64,000 nt of DNA from a virus, in the IMG/VR virus record IMGVR_UViG_3300035698_012088, positions 1 to 64,000 of that record; one strand, given 5' to 3'. The translations under genes were made by a program, and so were the position numbers. Of the stretch, positions 44,522 through 55,066 are shown one piece after another. How positions within the stretch are numbered: position 1 is the stretch's first letter; the number at the start of each line of letters is the position of its first letter. Below the pieces are notes generated by a model, which was not told the origin of the DNA, made no database searches, and was given only the letters and a program-made list of their open reading frames with translations.

Positions 44522-46502
44522 TTTAAAGTTTTTGTTCTCTGAGCAGGAACTTGCTTTATTCATCCTACTTTTAGCAGAATCACTTTTGTCCTCTACCTTA
44601 TCTGAAGATGCTGAATTACTTAGGGCTAAGAAACAGCTTTTAACAGAAGAGTTTGAAGAGTCCCTCCCTTTAGAGGACTACATCCTATCTAGTAGGAAGA
44701 ATTTAACTTCTCAGAGAATCCCCCAGCTTACAACTGTCCTTCCATTCATAGAAGATGACATAACTACCCATAGCATCTTCACAGAGATGCCAGAGAGATC
44801 TTTACAGAAGGTTAAGGAGCTTTATAGAGGCTTGAGCCCCACTGGTAAGAAAAACTCCTTAGAGGCCTTTAAAACAAGGCTCACCAGAACTCCCTTATCA
44901 AAAGACTCTACCAAGATAAAAATAGATACATCTATTACAAATGTGGATCTTTTTTCAGCTCTATTAGATCCTACAGAAGATAGTTCTCTTTTTGATAGAT
45001 ATAAATCTGCAAAAGAATTCTCAAAAAGCCCTTACTATGCTTTATTTGATGAGAGAGAGTTAGAGTCTAGTAAGATAAGTGTCCCAGCATTTCATCCACA
45101 AGTATCTGTAGCTGGGGAGTTACCTTTGTTTTCTCAGAGTGAGCAGCAGATCAAAAGAGAGGTACTACTTATGGAAGTTATTGCTGCATCTTTTGTACAG
45201 GCTATATCAATACCTCCTATAAACACTACCCCTATAGAGGACATAGTTCCAGATCTAGATATATTTACATTTGATGAAGCAGAAAACTATGAATCTCTAA
45301 TTCCTGAAATTTCTAAAAGAGTTGATATAGAGGATACTGAAGATATAGAGTTTGTAGAAGAAGAATCTCTGTATCTTCCAGAGTATATAGAAATAGAGAA
45401 TTATAAGAAAGATATCTACAAAGCCTCTGAAAGAAAAGATAAGCAGCCTAGAAAAAACTTAGATCTTCAAAAAGAGATAGTATCTGATACTTTCTTTGAA
45501 GACCTCCTTGTGGAAGGTTCTGAGTTAATGGACTTAGACGAGAATTTAACAGATAGCTCTAGACTCCTAAGGGAAGGATTAAGAACTTTATCTCCAGAAC
45601 CTACTGTGTATAAGGTACCTTTCTTAGCTAAGATTGTTCCAGAAGATGAATACCTGCTACTGAAGTCTGTTGAATATATGGGAAAGAAAACAGATTTGAA
45701 TAGACTTCCTAATCCTGACTATTTAGATATAGCTACTCCAGAAACAGTGTTTACTTCTACACAGATGTCTTCTATTCTATCTTCAACCGGTCCCTCAACA
45801 ATCTCTAATATACCTATTACTAGTAGAGATCCTAAAAAGACATATAAAGGTATTGCTGGTGTAGCAGCAGAGAAAGAAGTAGTTATTGGAGAGAGTAAAA
45901 GAGAAGTTGTTATTCCCTTTGGGATCTCTAAGCAGCAGACAAGAGAAATTCTAAAACTCGCCAATTCAAGAGTTGAGGCTAAATTATTCCAGACAGCCAT
46001 TAATACAGGTAGAGTAGGGGGAGTAGATATAGTTGATGTGGGAACCTCAGGTCTAACAAAAAAAGATCTATTAGACAATTCCAATAAGGAAGCCAGGAAA
46101 CTATTAAATGATAAAGTAGAAAAGGCTCAAGTTTCCACTTTAAGTTCTTTATCCAAAGAAGATCTGGCCTCTGCAGTAAATATAAATCAATTAGAAGATA
46201 TAAAGAAAGGTATCCCAAAGAAACCTTCCCCAGAAGAACAACTACTAGCCACGGAGATCTCGGATATTCAAGAAATTGTAGAGAAGAATCCCCAATTGTC
46301 TTATGATCAGGCTGTGGATGAGAACTTTGAAGATAGACCTAGAGCTAAGCTACAATATGAAGAAGAGATACAAGAGAGAGCCACTAAGAAGCAAACCGTG
46401 AATGCAACTGCAGTTTTGTCAGATGGTTCTGAAGAAGGAGTAATTGAGAGCAGATTAGCAATGGTTGAAAAGAAGATAGAAAGATTAGCAGGTAACGAAT
46501 AA
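44499..46502 (+). CDS. Atypical tape-measure-position protein
   Basis: Follows the G/GT pair; VIGESKREVVIP resembles the GExGPExVxP tape-measure motif. Confidence 0.45.
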   Translation: MKNLLKDSLKFLFSEQELALFILLLAESLLSSTLSEDAELLRAKKQLLTEEFEESLPLEDYILSSRKNLTSQRIPQLTTVLPFIEDDITTHSIFTEMPERSLQKVKELYRGLSPTGKKNSLEAFKTRLTRTPLSKDSTKIKIDTSITNVDLFSALLDPTEDSSLFDRYKSAKEFSKSPYYALFDERELESSKISVPAFHPQVSVAGELPLFSQSEQQIKREVLLMEVIAASFVQAISIPPINTTPIEDIVPDLDIFTFDEAENYESLIPEISKRVDIEDTEDIEFVEEESLYLPEYIEIENYKKDIYKASERKDKQPRKNLDLQKEIVSDTFFEDLLVEGSELMDLDENLTDSSRLLREGLRTLSPEPTVYKVPFLAKIVPEDEYLLLKSVEYMGKKTDLNRLPNPDYLDIATPETVFTSTQMSSILSSTGPSTISNIPITSRDPKKTYKGIAGVAAEKEVVIGESKREVVIPFGISKQQTREILKLANSRVEAKLFQTAINTGRVGGVDIVDVGTSGLTKKDLLDNSNKEARKLLNDKVEKAQVSTLSSLSKEDLASAVNINQLEDIKKGIPKKPSPEEQLLATEISDIQEIVEKNPQLSYDQAVDENFEDRPRAKLQYEEEIQERATKKQTVNATAVLSDGSEEGVIESRLAMVEKKIERLAGNE

Positions 46503-46957
46503 TGGGATGGTCATTAAAACAATCCGGTAAGAAGTGGATACTTAAGTATTTAACAGCTGAGTATAAATACGAAGATGTAGACCTGGTCCCCTCTTCTCCA
46601 GATGGTAAAACTAAACTAGTGGCAAGGTATCTTAGAATGGCGTATACTATGACTTTATATTTAGATGAGGAGAATACTGATGTGGCCCCAGGAAAGGTAG
46701 GAAAAGATCTTGCAGATAACATATGTATAGTAGATGCCAAAGGAAATATAAAAGCAACAAAGAAACCGGGCTTAAGACCTATAATTAGACCTACTGATGT
46801 AACTATAGATTATGAAGAGGGTGGAGAGTGGTACGTGGACTCTGTAAGTATAGACTATGATTTATTTAGAGATGGTTGGACAACTACAATGGTATTATAT
46901 GGTTCCTGGAACAAGAAGATAAGAAAAGGCATCTATACAAAGATAAGGGGTATATAA
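46502..46957 (+). CDS. Putative tail tip/hub protein
   Basis: Coupled ORF; resembles the next gene. Confidence 0.55.
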   Translation: MGWSLKQSGKKWILKYLTAEYKYEDVDLVPSSPDGKTKLVARYLRMAYTMTLYLDEENTDVAPGKVGKDLADNICIVDAKGNIKATKKPGLRPIIRPTDVTIDYEEGGEWYVDSVSIDYDLFRDGWTTTMVLYGSWNKKIRKGIYTKIRGI

Positions 46958-47343
46958 TGGCTTCAGCAGAGTTTACAGGAGATTGGTATTTGATCAAAAC
47001 AGAAAAAGAGTATGAATATGATCAAAGAACCACACATAGAAAAAATGAATATAGATCTCGGGTAGCTAGAAGAAAACTAACAAAGTATACCTGGTTTAGA
47101 AGAACAGATGCTTTTGTACTAGCCGGAACTAAAGAAGAAGGGATCATGATAGAGGCTTTAAAAGGTCTAGTTAATGATACCTCCCCCTCTGAGGAATATG
47201 GGGCTAGAATAGAAGATTTAAGAATTGGATTTGATGCAGCAACAGGTGTTACAGAAATGTTAGCTGTGATAAAAGAAAGAGGTGGAACTTGGCAACCTTA
47301 TGGGGAAGAGACGGTTACAATTATAGGGGCTCCTAATGGCTGA
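46957..47343 (+). CDS. Putative tail tip/hub protein
   Basis: TAATG-coupled start at 46957 (ORF track starts at 46876). Confidence 0.55.
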   Translation: MASAEFTGDWYLIKTEKEYEYDQRTTHRKNEYRSRVARRKLTKYTWFRRTDAFVLAGTKEEGIMIEALKGLVNDTSPSEEYGARIEDLRIGFDAATGVTEMLAVIKERGGTWQPYGEETVTIIGAPNG

Positions 47344-48286
47344 GATACCCAAACCAGATGGTCTAAATGTAGGAAAAGGCTATGGAGGAAGAGTAGCTCC
47401 TGAGATAGACTGGATAAAAAGAATGGATGGGCTTGTTAATAAGGCACATTCTAAAACTTTATCTATGACTATTCCTGAAGACCCCGCTCAAGGACTTCAA
47501 ATAGAAGATACAGAATCTGACTTTAATGGAGGTCCTTTTTATCCTTTTGTTAGAACAACAGCGGGATGGGGTACTAATGATATGCTATGGATTGGTGATT
47601 CAGGTTTAGAAGCTCCAGAAGATTCTAAAGTTAGAGTTTCTAAAAGAAGCGCTACTTCTCCTGGAGTTCTTATGATTAACAAAGCTGTAAGAACCTTTAC
47701 TGAGAAAGATATAGTGGATATAACTAGTGACGCTGTTTGGGCACCAGATGGACCTGCACCAGGAGTTCCTGAAGATCCTGGTCCGCCTATAGTCCCGGCA
47801 ATCTCAGCTGACTTAACCAGATTACTTCTCATGAGAGTAGATTCTGTTGATCCTGGGGCTGCCTTAGAAGTTAATAGAGTTGTCATATCCTTTCATGCAA
47901 TTCTCCCAGCAAGTTTAGCAGTTATGCCTGATTGGAAAGATACTTCTAGTAGAATTCATTTTCCTTTAGGGTGGATAACAATTGGATCAGCCAGTAGTGG
48001 GGAAGACTCTAAATTAGTTGTTGAGGATATAACTTGGGGGAATGAGTCTTGGATACTACAGGGAGGAAGTAGCCCCAATCAAGCTATAGTCCAAATCACA
48101 AGTGGTACAGGAGATACCTATGAAGGAAATGTTTTTGGGGATGGACCTGATGAAACAGCTACAATAACAGGTGTAGTTATAAAAGTTGTTCAAATAAGTG
48201 CTTCAGACACACTACCAGTAGGTGCTTGGGGATCTGCTCTCTTGATAGATGACGTATATTGGATGGAGGCTCCAATATGCCTCTAG
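47336..48286 (+). CDS. Putative tail tip structural protein
   Basis: Beta-rich; position in the tail module. Confidence 0.55.
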   Translation: MAEIPKPDGLNVGKGYGGRVAPEIDWIKRMDGLVNKAHSKTLSMTIPEDPAQGLQIEDTESDFNGGPFYPFVRTTAGWGTNDMLWIGDSGLEAPEDSKVRVSKRSATSPGVLMINKAVRTFTEKDIVDITSDAVWAPDGPAPGVPEDPGPPIVPAISADLTRLLLMRVDSVDPGAALEVNRVVISFHAILPASLAVMPDWKDTSSRIHFPLGWITIGSASSGEDSKLVVEDITWGNESWILQGGSSPNQAIVQITSGTGDTYEGNVFGDGPDETATITGVVIKVVQISASDTLPVGAWGSALLIDDVYWMEAPICL

Positions 48287-49878
48287 AAACCAGTATGAGA
48301 TGGGAGTTTAGTGATTGGGAGACATATGAAGAGTTTGCCTTTGATGCAGATCCGACCCCAGTAACAAAGACTATGTCTTGGGCAAGTTCTTCTGTATTAA
48401 AGGGTAAGTTAAGAGGTATAGTTTTTACGGCATTACTTCAGGCACTACGGGAAAGAGATGCTGTTACTGACCTTACAAACTTTGCCCTCCCAGATGCCGG
48501 TATTATCCCATCTATTTTAGGAGATATAACATATCCTACAAATTCTGGTGCAACTATAATTGCAGACTGGGTAGAAGCATTTGATACATTCTTTTTTAAT
48601 CTAGTAGGTAGTTATATAAACCACACAGATGAGGGAGGAGATTGGGATGGAAAGATTGACATTGACTATACTTGGAGGCCTCCTGTATGGACACCGGAAA
48701 CCTTATTAGTAGAACTAGGTGATTCTGAATGGGTAGATACTGATCTCCCCTTAGCCTCTTGGGCTCACCAGAGATATAGGGCTATAAATCTTTTAAGATG
48801 GGGGTATGATACCAGTTCTATACACTTTAGGAAACAGAATGAAGAACTTTTTGGAGAGCTTTATCTGCCTTGGGCTACAGGGGAAGGAATTGGTGAGTTC
48901 AGAGATGACAAACCCCCCACACTCACAGACCCTCTGGTCTACCCTTTTGCTGGGCCAGGATCAGCTGCAGCAGAATTTGAATATGCTGATGTCTTACATG
49001 AAATTGAGGATGTTGGTGGGACATCTAGTTGGTGGCTTGCTAGTTTCTCTTGTGGTACAGCCTTAGGCGAGCCGGCCAACAACTCAATTGCTACTCTAAC
49101 CACCTCCGTTGACTATACTGGAAATACAAATATTTATGTTGGTGCATCAATAAAGATAAATAATAACCCTGCCTGGGTGCCCCCACCAGGTCAGTTGATG
49201 CCCTTCCCGGATATACGTGGACATATTATTGAAGTAACCCCTACTAAAATAACTTTTGTAAGGAGATCCGGGAACGGAACGTATCTAGACCCTAACTATT
49301 TATCAGGTACTTTCCAAACACTTGTATATACTTATCCCTGGGAAGAGATGCTTGATTGGAGGAATGATGACCTAGTAACATACCCTGACCCAGACCTTAC
49401 TCTTGGAGGAGAGACAGCTTCATCTACTATGGAGAATCTGGCGGCAAAGCAAGTCAGAAGGTGGAATGATAATGCCCCTATAAAGAGCTGGCACCACTCT
49501 ACACCTACTACTTGGTTAAAAGACCAGGCCGCTGAGTTATCTGAGACCATCCAGTATACCTCAGGTTTTACTTTTAAAGTCTGTGTGGGGTTTGTTCCAG
49601 AAACGCTAACACCAGGAAGTCAAGCCACACTGCCAGAAAGATATGATGAAGGAGTACTTAGAATAACCTCTTCCGACACAACCTTGACAGTTCCTGCAGT
49701 TCTCCCTACAGATCTTGTTCCATATATAGGTATATCGAATTTCTCTGAACCCTCTCTCCCTTTTCAACCCCCTCTTTTAGCAACTACTTATGCATATACT
49801 GGATACAGGAATTGGGGCCTTAGGAATATTCTAGTCTATTACAAGTTTAATGTTCCAGATGGATTTAAGTTTCAATAA
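48277..49878 (+). CDS. Putative tail/baseplate structural protein
   Basis: GGAGG RBS before ATG 48277; W/T/P-rich. Confidence 0.55.
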   Translation: MPLETSMRWEFSDWETYEEFAFDADPTPVTKTMSWASSSVLKGKLRGIVFTALLQALRERDAVTDLTNFALPDAGIIPSILGDITYPTNSGATIIADWVEAFDTFFFNLVGSYINHTDEGGDWDGKIDIDYTWRPPVWTPETLLVELGDSEWVDTDLPLASWAHQRYRAINLLRWGYDTSSIHFRKQNEELFGELYLPWATGEGIGEFRDDKPPTLTDPLVYPFAGPGSAAAEFEYADVLHEIEDVGGTSSWWLASFSCGTALGEPANNSIATLTTSVDYTGNTNIYVGASIKINNNPAWVPPPGQLMPFPDIRGHIIEVTPTKITFVRRSGNGTYLDPNYLSGTFQTLVYTYPWEEMLDWRNDDLVTYPDPDLTLGGETASSTMENLAAKQVRRWNDNAPIKSWHHSTPTTWLKDQAAELSETIQYTSGFTFKVCVGFVPETLTPGSQATLPERYDEGVLRITSSDTTLTVPAVLPTDLVPYIGISNFSEPSLPFQPPLLATTYAYTGYRNWGLRNILVYYKFNVPDGFKFQ

Positions 49879-49953
49879 CCCTCTGAAAAAAGCCTTTAAC
49901 TATTTTTAAGTAGAATTGGAGATATATTATTAGAATAACAGGACTATATACTT

Positions 49954-50772
49954 ATGGCTAGACGAAATGTAGATATACATTACAGCTTAACAGAAAAGAA
50001 AATCATTTCAGATTCTCTAGAGCCTTACTCTGATGGATCGACCCCCTCTATTTCTTATAAAGAGGAAGTTCTATTCAGACTATATCTATATAATCTGTCA
50101 GACACGGGATACATTGCTGTTACAGATTTTGACTCTACAGATGCTTATTCTGTGGCTGCAGATGATGACTATGATGCAGTGAGCCCAGTTTGGCTAAGAA
50201 CTCCTAATTCTGAGATAAACCAGGTAGCTGATTGGGCAGCTGTTGACCCGGCTAATGGTAAATTCTGTTTTGTTATAGATGCTAACTCAAATGATTTAAA
50301 CACTGCACTAGGTACCTTATCTAGTATTGAAGGTGTTGTTGAAATGCAGATATTGGCAGGGGGATTGGGGTATGTAATTGGAGCCTTTTCTTTTCCAGCT
50401 ATATTCACAAACCTAATAGACTCTGTTGCCTATACTACTATTGATCCCGCTAACTACAGCGACACAGCTTTAAATGCTACAACAATTCAAATGTTGCTTG
50501 ATTTTACAAGCTCTATCCAAGTGGGGGCGATAATAGGAGTAGACATAAGTGGAACCTGGGCCTATGGGTATGCAACTTCAGTAACAGCTGGAACCTTAGT
50601 GGTCTCTGGGATTACACTTACCTTAGGGGCTGGGGATATACAGGGATTAAAGTTTGAACAACTACCTCCAAATGTAGGTAGTCTATTTTATCAAAAAATA
50701 GAAGTTGATGCCTTGGTAGCAGATAAAGCTACATATGAGGCTGCAGTTAAATATGCAATGGCATACAGTTAA
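49954..50772 (+). CDS. Putative fibre/baseplate connector protein
   Basis: N-terminal beta-sandwich-like domain; FYQKIEVDAL fibre-like segment. Confidence 0.5.
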   Translation: MARRNVDIHYSLTEKKIISDSLEPYSDGSTPSISYKEEVLFRLYLYNLSDTGYIAVTDFDSTDAYSVAADDDYDAVSPVWLRTPNSEINQVADWAAVDPANGKFCFVIDANSNDLNTALGTLSSIEGVVEMQILAGGLGYVIGAFSFPAIFTNLIDSVAYTTIDPANYSDTALNATTIQMLLDFTSSIQVGAIIGVDISGTWAYGYATSVTAGTLVVSGITLTLGAGDIQGLKFEQLPPNVGSLFYQKIEVDALVADKATYEAAVKYAMAYS

Positions 50773-50782
50773 GGAGTTTTAG

Positions 50783-51130
50783 ATGGCAGTACCAGAGATG
50801 TCCAGATTAGTTGAAATTAGAGCTATACCTAGTGCTAACACAACATTATACACACATGGGGCTTCAGAGACAAGGTCTTTAAGGCTTATCACCTTGACCA
50901 GTACTTCAGTTTCTGCGGTTACAGTGTCTTTGTGGAAAGTCCCTGATGGGGATGCAGCAGCAGATGTGAATAGAATATTTAATAGCTCGATCCCAGCTGG
51001 AGATTTTATAATTATAGAGTTTGCAACCCCAGGTCTTTTATTCATAGATTCAGGAGAGACATTGGTTTCTCTAGCTACAGTTAACAATGAGGTAAATATA
51101 GAAGTCACGGGGTTTAAGGAGACTCTCTAA
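50783..51130 (+). CDS. Small fibre-associated beta-sandwich protein
   Basis: AAGGAG RBS; TTLYT...IPAG...SGETL pattern. Confidence 0.55.
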   Translation: MAVPEMSRLVEIRAIPSANTTLYTHGASETRSLRLITLTSTSVSAVTVSLWKVPDGDAAADVNRIFNSSIPAGDFIIIEFATPGLLFIDSGETLVSLATVNNEVNIEVTGFKETL

Positions 51131-54100
51131 TGGTCCTAAGAGCCGGAGCCCTTACACAAGCTAAGGGTCTCAGATCTTTTACTAAACTTTCAAGTACTGC
51201 GGTTTATAAGAAGATGAGAAGGTATAGTAACCTTACTGATCTTTTTGCTAGTAGTTCTTCTACTGTGTCTTCTGCCTCCAGCTCAGCTTCTTCTGTTTCT
51301 AGTTCTAGTAGTAGTATTAGTTCTAGATCTAGTAGTTCAAGCTCTATAAGCAGTAGAAGTAGTATAAGCTCTAGTATAAGTAGCTCTTCTTCTACAAGCT
51401 CTAGTGTTAGTAGCTCTTCCTCTACAAGCTCAAGTATAAGTAGTTCTTCCTCTATAAGCTCTAGTTCTATTAGTTCTATAAGTAGCAGTAGTAGCAGCAG
51501 CTCTAGATCTAGTAGTGATAGTTCTTGGAGTTCCCAGTCTTCTATATCTTCTTCAATCTCTTCTATATCTAGTAGCAGTTCTAGTGAGAGTAGTCTATCT
51601 AGTAGTTCAGAATCTAGCTCTAGTAGTAGTGTAAGTTCAAGTAGTTCTATTAGTTCTAGTAGTAGTGTAAGTTCTATAAGTTCTAGTTCTTCTCAGAGCA
51701 GTTCTTCTTCTTCTATCAGCTCCAGTTCTATATCCTCTAGCAGTTCTAGTATAAGTTCAGGAAGTTCTTCTACAAGCTCCACATCTTCTAGTATAACTTC
51801 TTCCAGTATCTCCTCTAGTAGCTCTTCTATATCTAGTTCTAGTTCTATTAGCTCTAGCTCTTCTATATCTAGTTCTAGTTCTTCTATATCTAGTTCAAGT
51901 TCATCTGTATCAAGTAGCTCATCTAATAGTTCTTCTGCTACTTCTTCAAGTACCAGTTCTTCTGCTAGCTCAACTAGTTCTAGTATAAGCTCTATATCTA
52001 GTAGTTCTTCTATATCTAGTTCTTCTATAAGCTCTAGTTCTTCTATATCTAGCTCTAGTATAAGCTCAAGTTCTTCTATATCTAGCTCAGTATCGAGTTC
52101 CACGAGTTCTAGTTCTAGTTCAGCACCCCCTGGGGTTTTAACCTATATAGACACCGATGACCAAGGCGATGCTTATTATGCTGTTGAAGCTGATGGAACA
52201 TTTATTTATGTAGCCTGTCAAGATAGTGGTCTGAGATCCTATAGTGTAGATGGATCAGGAAATTTAACCTATATAGATACTGATGACCAAGGGGATCAGT
52301 ATAATGATGTTTGGGGCGATGGAACATTTATTTATGCAGCCTGTGGGGCAGGGGGTCTGAGATCCTATAGTGTAGATGGATCAGGTAATTTAACTTATAT
52401 AGATTCCGATGACCAAGGTGAGGATTATCTGGGTGTTTGGGGTGATGGAACATTTATTTATGCAGCCTGCCAGGGCGGCGGACTAAGATCCTATAGTGTA
52501 GATGGATCAGGAAATTTAACCTATATAAACACTGATGACCAAGGGGGTAATTATCGGCGTGTTTGGGGCGATGGAACATTTATTTATGCAGCTTGTCTAT
52601 TGGATGGCCTTAGATCGTATAGTGTAGACGGAGCAGGTGTCTTAACCTATATAGACGCTGATGACCAAGATGGTAATTATTATGATGTTTGGGGGGATGG
52701 AACATTTATTTATGCAGTCTGTCAGGGTAGTGGTCTGAGATCCTATAGTGTAGATGGAGTAGGCGCTTTAACCTATATAGACACTGATGACCAAGGTGAT
52801 AATTATTTGGGTGTTTGGGGGGATGGAACATTTATTTATGTAGCCTGTCAAGATAGTGGTCTGAGATCGTATAGTGTAGATGGAGCAGGAAATTTAACCT
52901 ATATAGATTCCGATGACAGAGGCGGTATTTATTATGGTGTTGAAGGTGATGGAACATTTATTTATGCAGCCTGTGGTTTGAGCGGCCTCAGATCCTATAG
53001 TGTTTCGCCCCCCCAACCAAGTAGTTCTTCTGGTTCTTCTATAAGCTCTAGTTCTATATCTAGTTCTTCTCAATCCAGCACGTCAAGTTCTAGCTCTACA
53101 TCTAGTAGTTCAATATCAAGTAGTATATCTAGTTCTGTTTCTAGCTCTAGCTATAGTAGTTCTATCAGCTCTAGTTCTTCAGACTCTAGTTCCTCTATAT
53201 CTAGCTCTTCTATATCTAGTAGTTCAATATCAAGTAGTCTATCCAGCTCAGTATCTAGTTCTAGCTATAGTAGCTCTATAAGCTCTAGTTCTTCAGTATC
53301 TAGTTCTTCTGTAAGCTCTAGTTCTTCTATATCTAGTTCTTCTATAAGCTCTAGTTCTTCTATATCTAGTAGTTCTATAAGCTCCTCTAGTAGTTCAACT
53401 AGCAGCTCAATATCTTCTAGTTCCAGTTCAGTATCTAGTTCTATATCTAGCATCAGTAGTTCTTCAGAGTCTAGTAGTTCTTCTGTATCCTCTAGTTCAA
53501 GTTCTTCTGTATCCTCTAGTTCAAGTTCTGACTCAAGTTCTAGCTCTAGTTATTCTAGTTCTATGAGTTCGAGTTTGAGTTCTTCCTCTGAATCCAGCAG
53601 TTCTGAGTCTAGCAGTAGCTCCTCTATGTCTAGTTCTTCATCAGAGTCAAGTAGCTCTAGTAGTTCTGTTTCTTCCTCTATAAGCTCTAGTAGTTCCAGT
53701 ATGAGTAGTTCAAGTAGCTCAGAATCAAGTAGCTCTTCAAATTCCTCTAGCAGCTCAGAGTCAAGTTCAGACACTTCTTCCAGCAGTGTAAGTAGTTCTA
53801 GTAGTGTAAGTAGTTCAAACAGCTCTGAGTCCAGTTCTTCTAGTGTATCGAGTAGCTCTGAGTCCAGTTCTAGCTCAAGCAGTATAAGTTCTTCTAGTTC
53901 TTCAATATCAAGCTCCTCAAGTGAATCTAGTAGTTCTAGGAGTAGTTCTTCTTCTTCTGAATCAAGCAGTTCTAACAGTTCAGTATCTAGCTCTAGTAGT
54001 TCTTCAGAGTCCAGTTCTTCTATATCTAGCTCCTCTATATCTAGTTCTTCTACATCTAGTTCTAGTTCAGAATCTGCTAGCTCAAGTATTAGTTCCAGTT

Positions 54101-54969
54101 CCTCTACATCTAGTTCTTCTGTATCTAGTTCAAGCTCTATATCCTCTAGTTCTTCTATCTCTAGCTCTTCTACAAGTTCTAGTTCTATATCTAGCTCTAG
54201 TTCAGAATCTAGTAGTTCTAGTGCCTCTAGTAGTTCTGTAAGCAGTTCTTCTATATCTAGTTCTAGTTCCATATCATCTAGTTCTTCTAGTTCTACATCT
54301 AGTTCTTCAGAATCCTCTAGCTCCTCTGCATCTAGTTCTTCTATATCTAGTTCTTCTATATCTAGTTCTTCTAGCTCTACCTCTAGTTCTTCTATTTCTA
54401 GTTCTATTTCTAGTTCTTCTACTTCTAGTTCCAGTTCTACATCTAGTACCAGCTCCTCTGCATCTAGTTCTTCTGCAGCTGGATATACAGGGGATAACCC
54501 TGCTATTAATATCACCTTATCTGGTTGGGGAGGAGGAACAAAGAGTTACCTTGGGGAGACCTTTACAGATGGAGAGACTAAATCTATAGAGAGTGATTAT
54601 AGTACTAATAATGGTGGTGAACAGGCAGGGATCTCTATATCTAGTTTTAGTCGTATCCTCTTATCTGCCAATACAGCAACTTCCCAGAACAGGGCCTTGT
54701 TGATCTATGGCGATTCCTTCAGATGGACAGGGTTCATGACCACAGCCTCTAATTATGGGTATACTTTCAACTCTAGCTGTGCTTATGACATTGATAGCAC
54801 ATATATATCTGACAATTGGGCTCCAGGTGCAGCTACAGCAATAACCGATGCCCAGTTTGGATTAGGATTAGGTGGAGGGACTGTGACTCCTACTGCTGGA
54901 TCATTAAGTGGCGTAACTATTAAATGGGAACGTGGACCTGATGGCACTGTGAATCAATGGAAGGCTTAG
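51130..54969 (+). CDS. Ser-stalked putative adhesin: Ser tract, 7-blade beta-propeller, Ser tract, C-terminal domain
   Basis: Ser tracts at 51250-52122 and 53020-54474 flank seven 42-aa LVIVD-like repeats. Confidence 0.82.
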   Translation: MVLRAGALTQAKGLRSFTKLSSTAVYKKMRRYSNLTDLFASSSSTVSSASSSASSVSSSSSSISSRSSSSSSISSRSSISSSISSSSSTSSSVSSSSSTSSSISSSSSISSSSISSISSSSSSSSRSSSDSSWSSQSSISSSISSISSSSSSESSLSSSSESSSSSSVSSSSSISSSSSVSSISSSSSQSSSSSSISSSSISSSSSSISSGSSSTSSTSSSITSSSISSSSSSISSSSSISSSSSISSSSSSISSSSSSVSSSSSNSSSATSSSTSSSASSTSSSISSISSSSSISSSSISSSSSISSSSISSSSSISSSVSSSTSSSSSSAPPGVLTYIDTDDQGDAYYAVEADGTFIYVACQDSGLRSYSVDGSGNLTYIDTDDQGDQYNDVWGDGTFIYAACGAGGLRSYSVDGSGNLTYIDSDDQGEDYLGVWGDGTFIYAACQGGGLRSYSVDGSGNLTYINTDDQGGNYRRVWGDGTFIYAACLLDGLRSYSVDGAGVLTYIDADDQDGNYYDVWGDGTFIYAVCQGSGLRSYSVDGVGALTYIDTDDQGDNYLGVWGDGTFIYVACQDSGLRSYSVDGAGNLTYIDSDDRGGIYYGVEGDGTFIYAACGLSGLRSYSVSPPQPSSSSGSSISSSSISSSSQSSTSSSSSTSSSSISSSISSSVSSSSYSSSISSSSSDSSSSISSSSISSSSISSSLSSSVSSSSYSSSISSSSSVSSSSVSSSSSISSSSISSSSSISSSSISSSSSSTSSSISSSSSSVSSSISSISSSSESSSSSVSSSSSSSVSSSSSSDSSSSSSYSSSMSSSLSSSSESSSSESSSSSSMSSSSSESSSSSSSVSSSISSSSSSMSSSSSSESSSSSNSSSSSESSSDTSSSSVSSSSSVSSSNSSESSSSSVSSSSESSSSSSSISSSSSSISSSSSESSSSRSSSSSSESSSSNSSVSSSSSSSESSSSISSSSISSSSTSSSSSESASSSISSSSSTSSSSVSSSSSISSSSSISSSSTSSSSISSSSSESSSSSASSSSVSSSSISSSSSISSSSSSSTSSSSESSSSSASSSSISSSSISSSSSSTSSSSISSSISSSSTSSSSSTSSTSSSASSSSAAGYTGDNPAINITLSGWGGGTKSYLGETFTDGETKSIESDYSTNNGGEQAGISISSFSRILLSANTATSQNRALLIYGDSFRWTGFMTTASNYGYTFNSSCAYDIDSTYISDNWAPGAATAITDAQFGLGLGGGTVTPTAGSLSGVTIKWERGPDGTVNQWKA
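52132..53004 (+). repeat. 7x 126-nt tandem repeat (beta-propeller blades)
   Basis: Invariant GATGGAACATTTATTTATG in all seven copies. Confidence 0.95.
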
Positions 54970-55011
54970 TGATTCTAAAGGGTAACCTATAATATTTAAT
55001 ACAATAACAAG

Positions 55012-55040
55012 TTGACTTTTCTAGGTTAGGCAGATATCTT
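55012..55040 (+). promoter_or_regulatory. Sigma70-like promoter of the glyco cluster
   Basis: TTGACT-17-TATCTT. Confidence 0.6.
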
Positions 55041-55066
55041 ACTTCTACCTAAATGAAAGGATTTTT

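Noticed and set aside
52132-53004. Propeller repeats as a CRISPR array or a classical DGR variable region
   Set aside because: The repeats are in-frame coding units without unique spacers. Variation is not restricted to adenines, synonymous A positions stay invariant, and no reverse transcriptase or template repeat is in the window.
29915-54515. Long minus-strand ORFs of E/L/I repeats (e.g. 30584-31714, 53550-54515)
   Set aside because: Antisense shadows of the Ser codon runs (AGTTCT reads GAA/CTA on the other strand); no RBS and confined to the tracts.
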